Shown here in pieces: positions 9,202 through 18,331 of a stretch of DNA of 64,000 bases. The stretch comes from Candidatus Borrarchaeum weybense. Lineage in GTDB: Archaea > Asgardarchaeota > Sifarchaeia > Borrarchaeales > Borrarchaeaceae. The translations under genes were made by a program, and so were the position numbers. The stretch spans positions 379,130 to 443,129 of the forward strand of contig JAHQJS010000005.1 of the NCBI GenBank assembly GCA_019057385.1, in the 5' to 3' direction. Numbering within the stretch: the first letter of the stretch is position 1; each line of letters starts with the position of its first letter. The notes beneath the pieces are model-generated. The model had not been told where the DNA came from, did no database searches, and saw nothing but the letters and a program-made list of their open reading frames with translations.

Positions 9202-10104
9202 CTATTTTTCTTTTTTCTTTGCGAGTAATTCCTTTGAAATATCATATGCTTCCTCAAAACTAAAAACGCCCGTAGTACCTTTGATATTCTTTAATGCCTT
9301 CTTTTCTGTCTTTAGTTTTAAATCTCCGATCGCTAAAGCTCCTATGCCTATTTTTCCTGGCATAAATTCTTCTTTGTCATCTAATGAACCAAGTCCTTCT
9401 ACGCCAAGTGGTGGGACCGCATTAATATCAGCAGCAACTTTAAAACGATCTAAACGCTCCATTGTCCCTTTTGATATGAGTTGATAACCCGCTTTTCCAG
9501 CTGCGATAATTGCATCTGCATCTTTTGATGCCTCATAGATTTCTTCTGCATTTGCGCCTTGAGCGTATCTCACATGTATCTGGTACTCCTGACTTAATCT
9601 TTCGGCGATGCCTTTAGCTCTATCGAATTTTCGGGAACTGATCAGAGGGTTTCCGCCGCTTTTTGCTGACAATATTGCGGCAACTTGCCCTACAGGTCCT
9701 GTTCCCGCTAAAATAGTGATATTCTTACCCTCAAAGCCACCCATTTCCACTAAAGCTTCTTCTGTTTTTGCAACGGCCGCGGCAGCAGTCGTATATGCAC
9801 CCCTTGGGTCTATCATAATAGGAACCTCGAAGGGAGGAACCATTGCCTTCTTTGCTTCTTCTAACACCTGCAAAACTTTTGGAAGGTCACTACCTCCAAT
9901 GAATAGGGCAGTGTATTGGCATCCTTTTACTCCTCGGCTGAATATCGCATCTTGAACAAGGTTTTTTACATCCTCTGGTTCAACATTTGAAAAACAGTGC
10001 ACATGGTCATAGCCAGAATCCACAGACATGTTTATATCAAAGGGCGATGCATATTTGTCCGTATCAATTAAATAGATAATATACTCTTTTCCCACATGTT
10101 TCAC
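9202..10104 (-). CDS. mtdB: NAD(P)-dependent methylene-H4MPT/H4F dehydrogenase (MtdA/B/C family)
   Basis: SPFDINM..D.G.D, DAIFSRG, DP.GAYTTAAA, GTGPVG, D.NAVPP.G, GALAIG.LK. Confidence 0.85.
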   Translation of the reverse strand: MKHVGKEYIIYLIDTDKYASPFDINMSVDSGYDHVHCFSNVEPEDVKNLVQDAIFSRGVKGCQYTALFIGGSDLPKVLQVLEEAKKAMVPPFEVPIMIDPRGAYTTAAAAVAKTEEALVEMGGFEGKNITILAGTGPVGQVAAILSAKSGGNPLISSRKFDRAKGIAERLSQEYQIHVRYAQGANAEEIYEASKDADAIIAAGKAGYQLISKGTMERLDRFKVAADINAVPPLGVEGLGSLDDKEEFMPGKIGIGALAIGDLKLKTEKKALKNIKGTTGVFSFEEAYDISKELLAKKKEK

Positions 10105-10354
10105 CTCGTATGTTATATTCTTTATCTGGACTCAAAAAGCTTTATCCTTTCTATTTTCAACGATTTTTTAAACTTTTAAGAATATTTTCAATTCTGAATT
10201 GAGTAAAATTCACCTTTATTAAAAGTAACTGATACAAAAGAAGACCGTTCTTTCCTTAGAATTTCATTTTTGCACATAAACATCATTTTAAATTGCGAAT
10301 TCAGAAAACATAAAAACTGAAACCATATTTCCTTCTCTCAAAGGTGGGCTCTAA

Positions 10355-11314
10355 TTGACGTTAGCTGTTGAAATAAAAAATCTTACGAAAATCTATCCTG
10401 GAAGGGGCATCCTAAATAAAGCACCAGCTGTAACGGCGTTAGATGATGTAAATCTAGAAATCAAGAAGGGAACAATATATGGTCTTCTAGGTCCTAATGG
10501 AGCTGGAAAAACTACCTTGATTCATATTTTAGCTGGCGTTCTCTTGCCAACCACCGGCACTGCAGAGGTCTTTGGACATGATGTCGTACGGAAGGCACGG
10601 GAGGTAAGATCTTTAAGTAATTATGGTGCTGGACAAGGCTCACTTTTTTGGAATCTTTCCCCAAAAGAGAACTTGCTTTATTATGCGAAACTTTATGGCC
10701 TTCCCAATTCTGAGGCTGTTGAAAAAATAAATAACCTATTGGAATTCTTTGGCCTGAAGGAACGAGCCAATCTTAAAAGTGCTTATTTGTCCTCGGGGTT
10801 AAAACAGCGTGTCAAACTTATCAAAACGCTTCTCAACGACCCTAAATTATTACTGCTGGATGAACCCACCTTAGGTCTCGATGTTGACATCGCCAGAAAA
10901 ATACGTGCTTACATTCAAGAACTGTCCCATGAAAAAGAAATGACAATATTGCTCACTTCACATAATATGTACGAAGTAGATGAATTATGTGATGAAATAG
11001 CTCTTATTGATAAAGGGCGAATCGTTTCTATAGGAACTCCGGATGAACTTAAAAAGCAGGTTTCTGAGTTTGAATCCCTGGAGTTGTCCTTCTCAAACTA
11101 TGATGGTGATCCTTCCTCATTCTTAGATGATCTAGTTTTGAGATCAACATTTAGAGATGGAGCACTGGTGCTTCACGTCTCTGATATTGATTCTTCAATA
11201 GATGCCATTCTTCGACGCCTGTTATCCCATAAATTTGTGATTTCCTCAATAAACACGAGACGGACAACTTTAGAGGATGTGTTTCTAAACTTAACAGGAC
11301 GGGGGTTGAAGTAA
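10355..11314 (+). CDS. ABC-2 type exporter ATP-binding subunit
   Basis: GPNGAGKTT, LSSG, LLLLDEPT, LTSH. Confidence 0.92.
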   Translation: MTLAVEIKNLTKIYPGRGILNKAPAVTALDDVNLEIKKGTIYGLLGPNGAGKTTLIHILAGVLLPTTGTAEVFGHDVVRKAREVRSLSNYGAGQGSLFWNLSPKENLLYYAKLYGLPNSEAVEKINNLLEFFGLKERANLKSAYLSSGLKQRVKLIKTLLNDPKLLLLDEPTLGLDVDIARKIRAYIQELSHEKEMTILLTSHNMYEVDELCDEIALIDKGRIVSIGTPDELKKQVSEFESLELSFSNYDGDPSSFLDDLVLRSTFRDGALVLHVSDIDSSIDAILRRLLSHKFVISSINTRRTTLEDVFLNLTGRGLK

Positions 11315-11315
11315 A

Positions 11316-12128
11316 ATGCTCAGAGTTTATCTTCGTCAAGTATATGGCTTCACTTACAGACAGACTCACAATATCGCTAAAAGTCCGATTGGAATCTTTG
11401 AAATTGTAGTGTGGCCATTAGCGAGTTTATTCTCCATAGGATTTCTGGGATCTTTTGTAGACGTTTCAGCTAGCACAAACATATCTTTTGTTACATTCAT
11501 TTTGATTGGACAATGCGGCTGGTCTTTTAGTTATGTTGTTCAGCAAGCCTTGAGTTATGGCCTCATGCATTCGATGTGGAGTGGTACTCTTATCGACATG
11601 ATGGCTAGCCCTGCAGATGAAAATCAGTTTATCATTGGGAATGCACTCGCAGGAGTTATTAAGGGAGTAGTAGTTCTTGCTGTCATGGGAGTCTGTAGCT
11701 TAGTTGCATTTAATGTTAACATCTTCGCCGGTGGAGTTTTTGCAGTCTTTCTAATCATATTCAGTGTCTTTCTTGCGGCAGTTTCGTTAGGCCTTATAGT
11801 TCTTATATTAATTTTCTATTTTGGCCAAGAGGCCCAGGTAACGGCGTGGACGATCACTGGCTTAACTGTCCTTTTCAGCGGCGTTTTCTACCCTGTAACA
11901 ATTTTACCCCCTCTAATTAGGCCGTTAAGTTACAGCATTCCTCTTACATATGCGTTCATTGCGTGGCGAGAAATAACCCTTCAAGGTGCAAGCATGGCTG
12001 ATGTATCGTTTGTACTGCTTCAAATGGGCGTTTCCAGTGTACTATGGCTCGTAATAACGTGGTCTGTTTGTCTATTCACGATAAAAAGAGCAAGGAAAAT
12101 TGGAATGATTTCGCAACTTTCTGATTGA
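11316..12128 (+). CDS. ABC-2 type permease
   Basis: six hydrophobic segments, FSGVFYPV..LP motif; directly follows the ATPase gene. Confidence 0.88.
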   Translation: MLRVYLRQVYGFTYRQTHNIAKSPIGIFEIVVWPLASLFSIGFLGSFVDVSASTNISFVTFILIGQCGWSFSYVVQQALSYGLMHSMWSGTLIDMMASPADENQFIIGNALAGVIKGVVVLAVMGVCSLVAFNVNIFAGGVFAVFLIIFSVFLAAVSLGLIVLILIFYFGQEAQVTAWTITGLTVLFSGVFYPVTILPPLIRPLSYSIPLTYAFIAWREITLQGASMADVSFVLLQMGVSSVLWLVITWSVCLFTIKRARKIGMISQLSD

Positions 12129-12531
12129 ATCTAGATTTATTATTATTGTTACTGAGTTATGAAAATTAATAATCGCAAGAGATGAAAGTAAATAACACCG
12201 GTAATTATATACATAAATTTCTTATGAGTGCTAACGATACTAGGAATATGAAATCGCAATAGAGCAGGAGAATAGGGTTTTTTCAAGCGTAGATTTGCTT
12301 AACAATAACAAAGATACGTCTAAAAGAGTAATATCTCGCTAAATACAATCCCTTCCACCCATGCTCCACGTTTGTCCCAGTTCCCCATGATTAGTCGCAA
12401 CTGTTGATCCAATCGAAAAATTTTATTTTAAGAACGTCTAAAAGTATATGACCGAGTAAAGTATAAAAGTAACAAGAACGCATACATAGACTTATAAAAA
12501 TTGCTCTAGATTCTCGAATCTTGATTCAATT

Positions 12532-12586
12532 TAAGTGCCAAGGAGGGGCGCAAAATAAGTGCCCAATCTAAGGGAGGGAGGACAAT
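12532..12586 (+). promoter_or_regulatory. conserved leader element, copy D (before a non-paralogous gene)
   Basis: TAAGTGCCAAGGAGGGGCGCAAAATAAGTGCCCAATCTAAGGGAGGGAGGACAAT-ATG. Confidence 0.7.
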
Positions 12587-13312
12587 ATGAAAGTATTAGC
12601 ATTCAACTGCAGTCCAAGTATGGACAAGGGAAACACAGCTCTGATCTTCAATCCCTTTGTTGAGGGGATGAAGGAAGCTGGGGCTGAAGTCGAACTTTTC
12701 TACACGAACAAGCTCAAGATCAACTTTTGCACCGGGCAGGTTAATTGCTGGTTCAAGCATCCCGGAAAGTGCTATCAAGACGATGACATGAACATGCTCT
12801 ACCCCAAACTACGCGAAGCGGACGTCTGGGTGTTCGCCACTCCGGTTTATTGGGACGGAGTCACCGGACCGATGAAGACACTTATTGACCGAACGGCGCT
12901 CCCGCTTTTCGGGCCATTTTACGAGCTACGCGATGGTCATACGCGGACTATTTGGCGCGAAGGAACCACGTCCACAAAAGTCGTGTTGGTATCCGTTGGT
13001 GGCCAGTGGGAGATGGACATCTTTGACCCGCTACTTGTCTACATGAAGGCCATGTGCAAGAACTCAAACTTTGAATTCACAGGGGCTTTGCTGAGACCTC
13101 ATACACATGCAGTGAAGCCTATGATAGAAAGTGGTGCTGTAAACGACATCTTCGAAGCGGCGAAAGAGGCTGGTCGCCAACTCGTGAAAAATGGTAAAAT
13201 GTCCGCCGAAATCCTAAAGACCGTTAGCCGTGAACTTGTACCCCAGAAGCCGTATATGGAAGGGTTCAATCAGTTTATCCAACAGATTCTAGACTCAATG
13301 AAGAAAGAATAG
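12587..13312 (+). CDS. flavodoxin-family / iron-sulfur flavoprotein (NADPH-dependent FMN reductase-like)
   Basis: MKVLAFNCSP...GNT, CTG..NCW....G.C...DDM, ATPVYW.G..G.MK..IDR. Confidence 0.88.
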   Translation: MKVLAFNCSPSMDKGNTALIFNPFVEGMKEAGAEVELFYTNKLKINFCTGQVNCWFKHPGKCYQDDDMNMLYPKLREADVWVFATPVYWDGVTGPMKTLIDRTALPLFGPFYELRDGHTRTIWREGTTSTKVVLVSVGGQWEMDIFDPLLVYMKAMCKNSNFEFTGALLRPHTHAVKPMIESGAVNDIFEAAKEAGRQLVKNGKMSAEILKTVSRELVPQKPYMEGFNQFIQQILDSMKKE

Positions 13313-13326
13313 TATCGACGGATAGG

Positions 13327-13545
13327 GTCAACTACCCCACCCTAAAGGGTAGGTGCTTGGGAAACCAAGTTCCTTAGTTGATTAGAGGGCTTCCCTTTGT
13401 GGGAGCAGCAGTTGTTTAGGTCATGACACCCTGGGGTGCTCCACTAGCCCCTTGCTCTGTCGTCGGTGGTTAAAAGTCCTGAGGGGTAGGGACGGTGCTG
13501 CCGATGCCAAAAGCCTTTACAACAGCCTCGAAGTGGACCTACTTC
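13327..13545 (+). ncRNA. IscB-type omegaRNA / HEARO-like RNA scaffold (3' end approximate)
   Basis: GTCAACTA/TAGTTGAT helix, CTTGG-GAAA-CCAAG hairpin, GTTGTTTAGG/CCTTTACAAC helix, ACACCCTGGGGTGCTCCACTAGCCCC with TCCACT(13440)/AGTGGA(13532) pseudoknot. Confidence 0.82.
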
Positions 13546-13705
13546 CTTGGTGTTGGGAGCGGCGGGACTTGAGAGTACCCGTCATTAAAACACCACCCGA
13601 GGTTGGGTACACCAACCCCTGTCTCCGCAGAAAGGGTTGTGTGAACAACATCCGACCTCAATTCCTCTCCGCCCTAAAGGGCTGGAGTCTCCTTGAGGTA
13701 ATCTT
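13327..13705 (+). mobile_element. non-autonomous IS200/IS605-family (IscB-type) element with both ends and no protein gene
   Basis: left end GTCAACTACCCCACCCTAAAGGG; right end CAATTCCTCTCCGCCCTAAAGGGCTGGAGTCTCCTTGAGG; followed by ATGA. Confidence 0.8.
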
Positions 13706-13871
13706 ATGATGAGGGACTTAAGGCAAGTAATTCTAATATATCTTACACACATACGAAACTTATACCAAGATTAGAACCCTACACGAATTTTTTATCGAGC
13801 TTAAGAATGAGTAATCATTTGGGACTAATACTCAAACGCTTGAACATCTAGATTAAGGGAAGGAGGAGACA

Positions 13872-14348
13872 ATGGCTATGAAAATAACGATACCGTGGGA
13901 ACTAAAATACAAATATGCTAGGGGAATGTTGACAACTCTGTTCAAAGGATTCATGTATGTGATCCGTGAGAGACATGGCGCGGCAGAAGCACTCGAAATA
14001 CATCAACTGGTCAATAAAATGGATAATAGAATACAGAATATGATCCGCACACTTAAAGATGTTTTCAAAATAGAGGAAAACGATATCGAAGCGCTTAGAA
14101 GTGTGTGGGAGATCTATCTGGACCTTACTGGGATTATAAGCACCACACTTGAGCAGTCTGAAAAACTTTGGAGACATAAAATTACTACCTGTGCCTGGGT
14201 AACAGAGCCCAAAGATCTCAGCGATTGGTGCTATAACTACTGTAGCCTTATGAACAAGTTCATAAATCCAAAGACGACCCTTGAGCGACCTAAAGCCATG
14301 TGTACAGGAGATTCAGAATGTGAATTTGTGGTTAAGATTGAAGAGTGA
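13872..14348 (+). CDS. V4R/ATC-hydrolase-like protein (paralog 6)
   Basis: IPWELKY...TTCAW...DWC...INPK...MCTGDSECEF; 3' half of the leader (GATTAAGGGAAGGAGGAGACA) upstream. Confidence 0.8.
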   Translation: MAMKITIPWELKYKYARGMLTTLFKGFMYVIRERHGAAEALEIHQLVNKMDNRIQNMIRTLKDVFKIEENDIEALRSVWEIYLDLTGIISTTLEQSEKLWRHKITTCAWVTEPKDLSDWCYNYCSLMNKFINPKTTLERPKAMCTGDSECEFVVKIEE

Positions 14349-14418
14349 CCCTTGCTCCTTATTATGAAATATATCCAAAAATAGTACAAAAACAAACAAT
14401 TTAGGGGATATGAGGGAC

Positions 14419-14925
14419 TTGGCTAAGAAATTGCAGCCGCCTTGTGCGTCGCCCAAAAGAGGGCTACCTTGGGAACTAAAATATAACTATGTTAGAGGAC
14501 AAATGACAACTCTGTTCAAAGGATTCCTATATGCAATTCGTGAAGAATATGGTGCTGCTGCCGCACTCAAAATTACTGAAAAGATGTGGAGATTTAAGGA
14601 TAGAGTAAAAAACATGATAAATACATTCTTAAGCGTTTTCGAAATACAGGGAAACGATCTTGAAAAATTAGCGGAGTTTTGGGACGTCTATTGGGAGATT
14701 CAAGGATCTGAGGCCATTATACTTGAGCGATCTAAAACAATTAATAGAACTAAAATCACGAAATGTCCATGGAGTACACCAGATCCCAAAGATATCAGCG
14801 GCTGGTGCGAAATCTGGGCAAATATTGTTAGCGAGAGTATAAATCCCAAAATTTCCACTAAACGACTTAAAGGAATGTGTGCAGGGGATCCGTATTGTGA
14901 ATACGTTTGGAGAATAGAAGACTGA
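14419..14925 (+). CDS. V4R/ATC-hydrolase-like protein (paralog 7); TTG start inferred from paralog alignment
   Basis: AKKLQPPCASPKRGLPWELKY...TKCPW...GWC...MCAGDPYCEY. Confidence 0.8.
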   Translation: MAKKLQPPCASPKRGLPWELKYNYVRGQMTTLFKGFLYAIREEYGAAAALKITEKMWRFKDRVKNMINTFLSVFEIQGNDLEKLAEFWDVYWEIQGSEAIILERSKTINRTKITKCPWSTPDPKDISGWCEIWANIVSESINPKISTKRLKGMCAGDPYCEYVWRIED

Positions 14926-14997
14926 ATCAAACATTTCAAAATCGTTCTCTAAAGTTGTCGGATATAGTAAACTCAGATTGAGGGAGAGGAGGAGACT

Positions 14998-15474
14998 ATG
15001 ACTGAGAAAATATCGATACCTTTGTTATTAAAACATGATTTTACCTTGAGAGCTTATTCATCTATCGTCAAAGGATTTTTATACGCGATCCGCGAGAAAC
15101 ATGGTGGAAACGAAGCGCTGGAAACTTACGTAAGGGTCTGCACAATGGATGATAGAATAAAGAATCTTACAAATGCACTTCTAGATATCTTCCAACTAAA
15201 GGGGAGTGATGCTGAAACAATAGGAAAGTGGTTTGAAGTCTGGTTTGAACTCACTGCATTTGAATATGCTACACTTGAGCGGTCTAAGACAAGTAGTAGA
15301 GTTAAAGTCACCAAATGTCCGTTCAAAACTGAGCCCAAAGATCTCAGTGACTGGGCTTTAATCTTCACAAATCTTGTTTCAAAGACCATAAATCCAAAAG
15401 CTACAGTTGAACGCCCTAAAGCAATGTGTGCTGGGGATTCCTATTGCGAATACATTTGGAAAATAGAAGAATGA
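14998..15474 (+). CDS. V4R/ATC-hydrolase-like protein (paralog 8)
   Basis: TKCPF...DLSDW...INPK...MCAGDSYCEY; 3' half of the leader (ACTCAGATTGAGGGAGAGGAGGAGACT) upstream. Confidence 0.8.
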   Translation: MTEKISIPLLLKHDFTLRAYSSIVKGFLYAIREKHGGNEALETYVRVCTMDDRIKNLTNALLDIFQLKGSDAETIGKWFEVWFELTAFEYATLERSKTSSRVKVTKCPFKTEPKDLSDWALIFTNLVSKTINPKATVERPKAMCAGDSYCEYIWKIEE

Positions 15475-15496
15475 AACTGCAGTAAGAGTGTCAGCA

Positions 15497-17212
15497 TTAT
15501 AGCGTAAAGTAGAAGGTTGCGCCTTTTTCTACTTCCCCTTCAGCCCAGACACTGCCGCCATGACGATGAATGATGCGCTTCACTGTAGCTAGGCCAATGC
15601 CGATTCCTTTGAAATCATCCGTTGAATGAAGGCGTTGGAAAGCACCAAATAATTTATCGGCATAGGCTTTATCGAATCCCGCTCCGTTATCGCGGACAAA
15701 ATACGCAGTTTCACCATCATTTGCTATAGCACCGAATTCTATCCGTGCAATTGGTTTTTTCCCAGTAAATTTCCATGAATTACCAAGAAGATTTTCCAGC
15801 ACTGCACGAAGAAGCCGAGGATCACAATCTGAGGTAAGTCCTGGTGTGATAATAAATTTCACCTGACGCTCAGGTTCAGTTTCTTGGAGCTCCATCGCGA
15901 TTTCTTGTGCAATTTCACTTAAGTCGACAGTTTCATAGCGTAACTCGCTTCGTGTAATCCGGGAAAGTCCTAACAAAGCATCTATGAGTTCGCTCATGCG
16001 TATGCTTGCCGTACGTACACGTTGTAGATAATCTTGTCCTTCTCGATCTAGTAAATCTAAATAATCCTCAAGTAGCGCTTGGCTGAAGCCGCTAATGCTT
16101 CTAAGCGGAGCACGGAGATCATGCGAGACGGAATAACTAAAAGTTTCTAGTTCTTTGTTGAGGGCCTCAAGTTCAATAGCTCTTTGCTTCAAATCTTCAT
16201 TCAATTTAAAGATTTCCTGCTCCGCCCGCTTGCGCTCGGTTATGTCACGAGTGATGCCCCAAACTCCTATGGATTTGCCTTCTTCATCTTTGATGAGCCA
16301 TGTTCTTAACGAGATAGGGATGTGTGTTCCATCTTTCTTGATAGATTCTATTTCGTACACATCCGAATAGCCCCGAGGAATTGTTTGTTCTTCAAGCATT
16401 TTTTCTATCGTGTCATGCCATTTTCTAGGAATGAATTCTCGAAAGCCCTTGTGATATAGTTCTTCTTTTAGATACCCATGCATATCCGCAAGGGCCTGGT
16501 TGCATTCGAAAATGAATCCTTCCATATCTATAGAGACGATGCCGTCTATAGAGGATTCATACAAGCCTCGATAGCGCTTCTCTGACTCTTTAAGCTCTAA
16601 GGTCCTCTCTTCTACGAGTCTTTCCAGGTTCTCAGTATAATCGGTCAGTTTCGTCATCCATTCGCTTGAACTCATCCACTCGCCAATGCTCAATTCTTCA
16701 TCGGTTCGTTTTCGCTCAGTAACATCATGAATATAATCGGTCAATTTCCCCATCCATTCTCCTGAACTCATCCACTCGCCAATGCTCAATTCTTCATCCG
16801 CACGTTTGCTCTTAGGCCTCTCACGAACAACACCTTGATATCCTAAGATGCTGCCGTCAGCAGCCCGCCGTACAGTTGAAGTGAGAAGACAGCTAAACTC
16901 TGTCCCGTCTTTTTTGCGGAATTTTACCTCATAGTCTTTAACTGACCCTTTTTGCTCTATTTCCTGCTGAAACTTGCGTCGGTCACTGGGGTTAATATAA
17001 AACTCCAAAATATTCAGATTGAGCATCTCTTCTTTGGTATATCCCATCAAATCCAGACTGGCTTGGTTTACATCTATGATTTTGCCGTCTCTGTCTACAA
17101 TGTAGATCGCGTCTTTGGACTCCTCAAAAAAAGTGCGGTATCTCTCCTCACTATCACGAAGTGACTCATCTGGCTGCTTCTGCTCGTTGGCATCAGGATT
17201 TTGATTTACCAT
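15497..17212 (-). CDS. cytoplasmic PAS-PAS sensor histidine kinase
   Basis: two PAS/PAC domains, [15 protein letters not shown]-box, [22 protein letters not shown] boxes. Confidence 0.92.
   Translation of the reverse strand: MVNQNPDANEQKQPDESLRDSEERYRTFFEESKDAIYIVDRDGKIIDVNQASLDLMGYTKEEMLNLNILEFYINPSDRRKFQQEIEQKGSVKDYEVKFRKKDGTEFSCLLTSTVRRAADGSILGYQGVVRERPKSKRADEELSIGEWMSSGEWMGKLTDYIHDVTERKRTDEELSIGEWMSSSEWMTKLTDYTENLERLVEERTLELKESEKRYRGLYESSIDGIVSIDMEGFIFECNQALADMHGYLKEELYHKGFREFIPRKWHDTIEKMLEEQTIPRGYSDVYEIESIKKDGTHIPISLRTWLIKDEEGKSIGVWGITRDITERKRAEQEIFKLNEDLKQRAIELEALNKELETFSYSVSHDLRAPLRSISGFSQALLEDYLDLLDREGQDYLQRVRTASIRMSELIDALLGLSRITRSELRYETVDLSEIAQEIAMELQETEPERQVKFIITPGLTSDCDPRLLRAVLENLLGNSWKFTGKKPIARIEFGAIANDGETAYFVRDNGAGFDKAYADKLFGAFQRLHSTDDFKGIGIGLATVKRIIHRHGGSVWAEGEVEKGATFYFTL
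16636..16798 (-). repeat. intragenic 96-nt-period duplication ([20 protein letters not shown] x2)
   Basis: near-identical blocks at 16636-16702 and 16732-16798. Confidence 0.9.
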
Positions 17213-17366
17213 GTACCTACCCCTCCTAGAGTAGAAATACCAACAAAGATTCTCCTAATGTGAAAATACCAAAGAGGACTAAAGGACCTTCTTCCTATGC
17301 TCCAAATATTATCTAAAACGTTGACATATTAATCTGTTTGATTTAATCGTGAGTTTACTTTTCAGT

Positions 17367-18296
17367 CTATTTGACAGTTTCTTTCAAGTTCCATATCGAC
17401 ATTCCTGAGACCGTAGCATCGGTTTCCACAGGTCTGTACCACTGTTTTTTAGTTCCAACTTTTGCTCTTGCCTTCCAACGCATGCCCTTCGGCACAGCTT
17501 CTATAATTTCAAGAAGTTTATCAATCTTGGCGCTGATATTGGTTATATCTGACTCTGACAGAGCATCAATACCTGGTGCAAATTCTTTAATTCCCTTGAG
17601 ATTTTCTGTCACAGAATAATAGAAACCCCAGTCTTTTGCCATGAGCTCGGATATGTATGTCGCATTGATAGCATTCTCTTCTATTCCTTCCTGGACATCA
17701 TGAGCCCTAAGCAGAAGGATCGAATCCTTCAGATCTTTGCCACTGAAAACCTCAGTAATTTGCAGTTTTCCAAGTAGCAAATCACTAACACTGATGGTCA
17801 ACGGATCGATTTCGAGCCGATCTTTGAAGTGAATATCGTGATTAAATTTTAGAATTTCATAAAACATATCAATAAAATACCATCCCTTTGGATGATAGAA
17901 AATATGTCGCTTCGTAGTTGCGCTGGAGATAGTGGTTCGTCGCTTTATGAAAGGTTTGCCATAAACTTGGTTTCCATAGTCCTCGAAAAAACGAGGTATT
18001 GTTTTTTTCTGATATTTACTATAGGTCATGAAATCCAAATCAGTGAATTCCTGTTCACCTTCTAGCCTCGTTAACTTCTTAGCTAATTCATCAAATTCAC
18101 CTGAATGCATCCTAATTCCCATGCCGCCAATGACTCTGATAATTATATTACGCTTTTGCGCTTCTTCTACAATTTGTTTAGCATTTTGAAAAAACACTTC
18201 TGTGGGAACAATTCCTCCCCATTCCTCTGGCATTTCAACCTCGATTTCGTCCATTCCCATTAACCAAACCATAACCTTCCCTCTTGAATTCGTCAT
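17367..18296 (-). CDS. uncharacterised nucleotidyltransferase-fold protein (start uncertain)
   Basis: IGG.GI..H and TDLDF motifs resemble the Pol-beta NTase signature. Confidence 0.55.
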   Translation of the reverse strand: MTNSRGKVMVWLMGMDEIEVEMPEEWGGIVPTEVFFQNAKQIVEEAQKRNIIIRVIGGMGIRMHSGEFDELAKKLTRLEGEQEFTDLDFMTYSKYQKKTIPRFFEDYGNQVYGKPFIKRRTTISSATTKRHIFYHPKGWYFIDMFYEILKFNHDIHFKDRLEIDPLTISVSDLLLGKLQITEVFSGKDLKDSILLLRAHDVQEGIEENAINATYISELMAKDWGFYYSVTENLKGIKEFAPGIDALSESDITNISAKIDKLLEIIEAVPKGMRWKARAKVGTKKQWYRPVETDATVSGMSIWNLKETVK

Positions 18297-18331
18297 TCGT
18301 CATATATGCCAGATTAATGTAATATATTACT

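Noticed and set aside
12130-12420. possible decayed coding fragment on the minus strand
   Set aside because: multiple stops and no recognisable homology
1342-12586. leader repeats as a CRISPR array, SECIS or DGR component
   Set aside because: dispersed rather than regularly spaced; no cas or reverse transcriptase in the window; paralogs end at the same position with TGA, TAA or TAG, and show no internal TGA
13452-13709. 85-aa ORF as a possible IscB remnant
   Set aside because: runs through the omegaRNA scaffold and IS end; no PLMP, RuvC or HNH motifs
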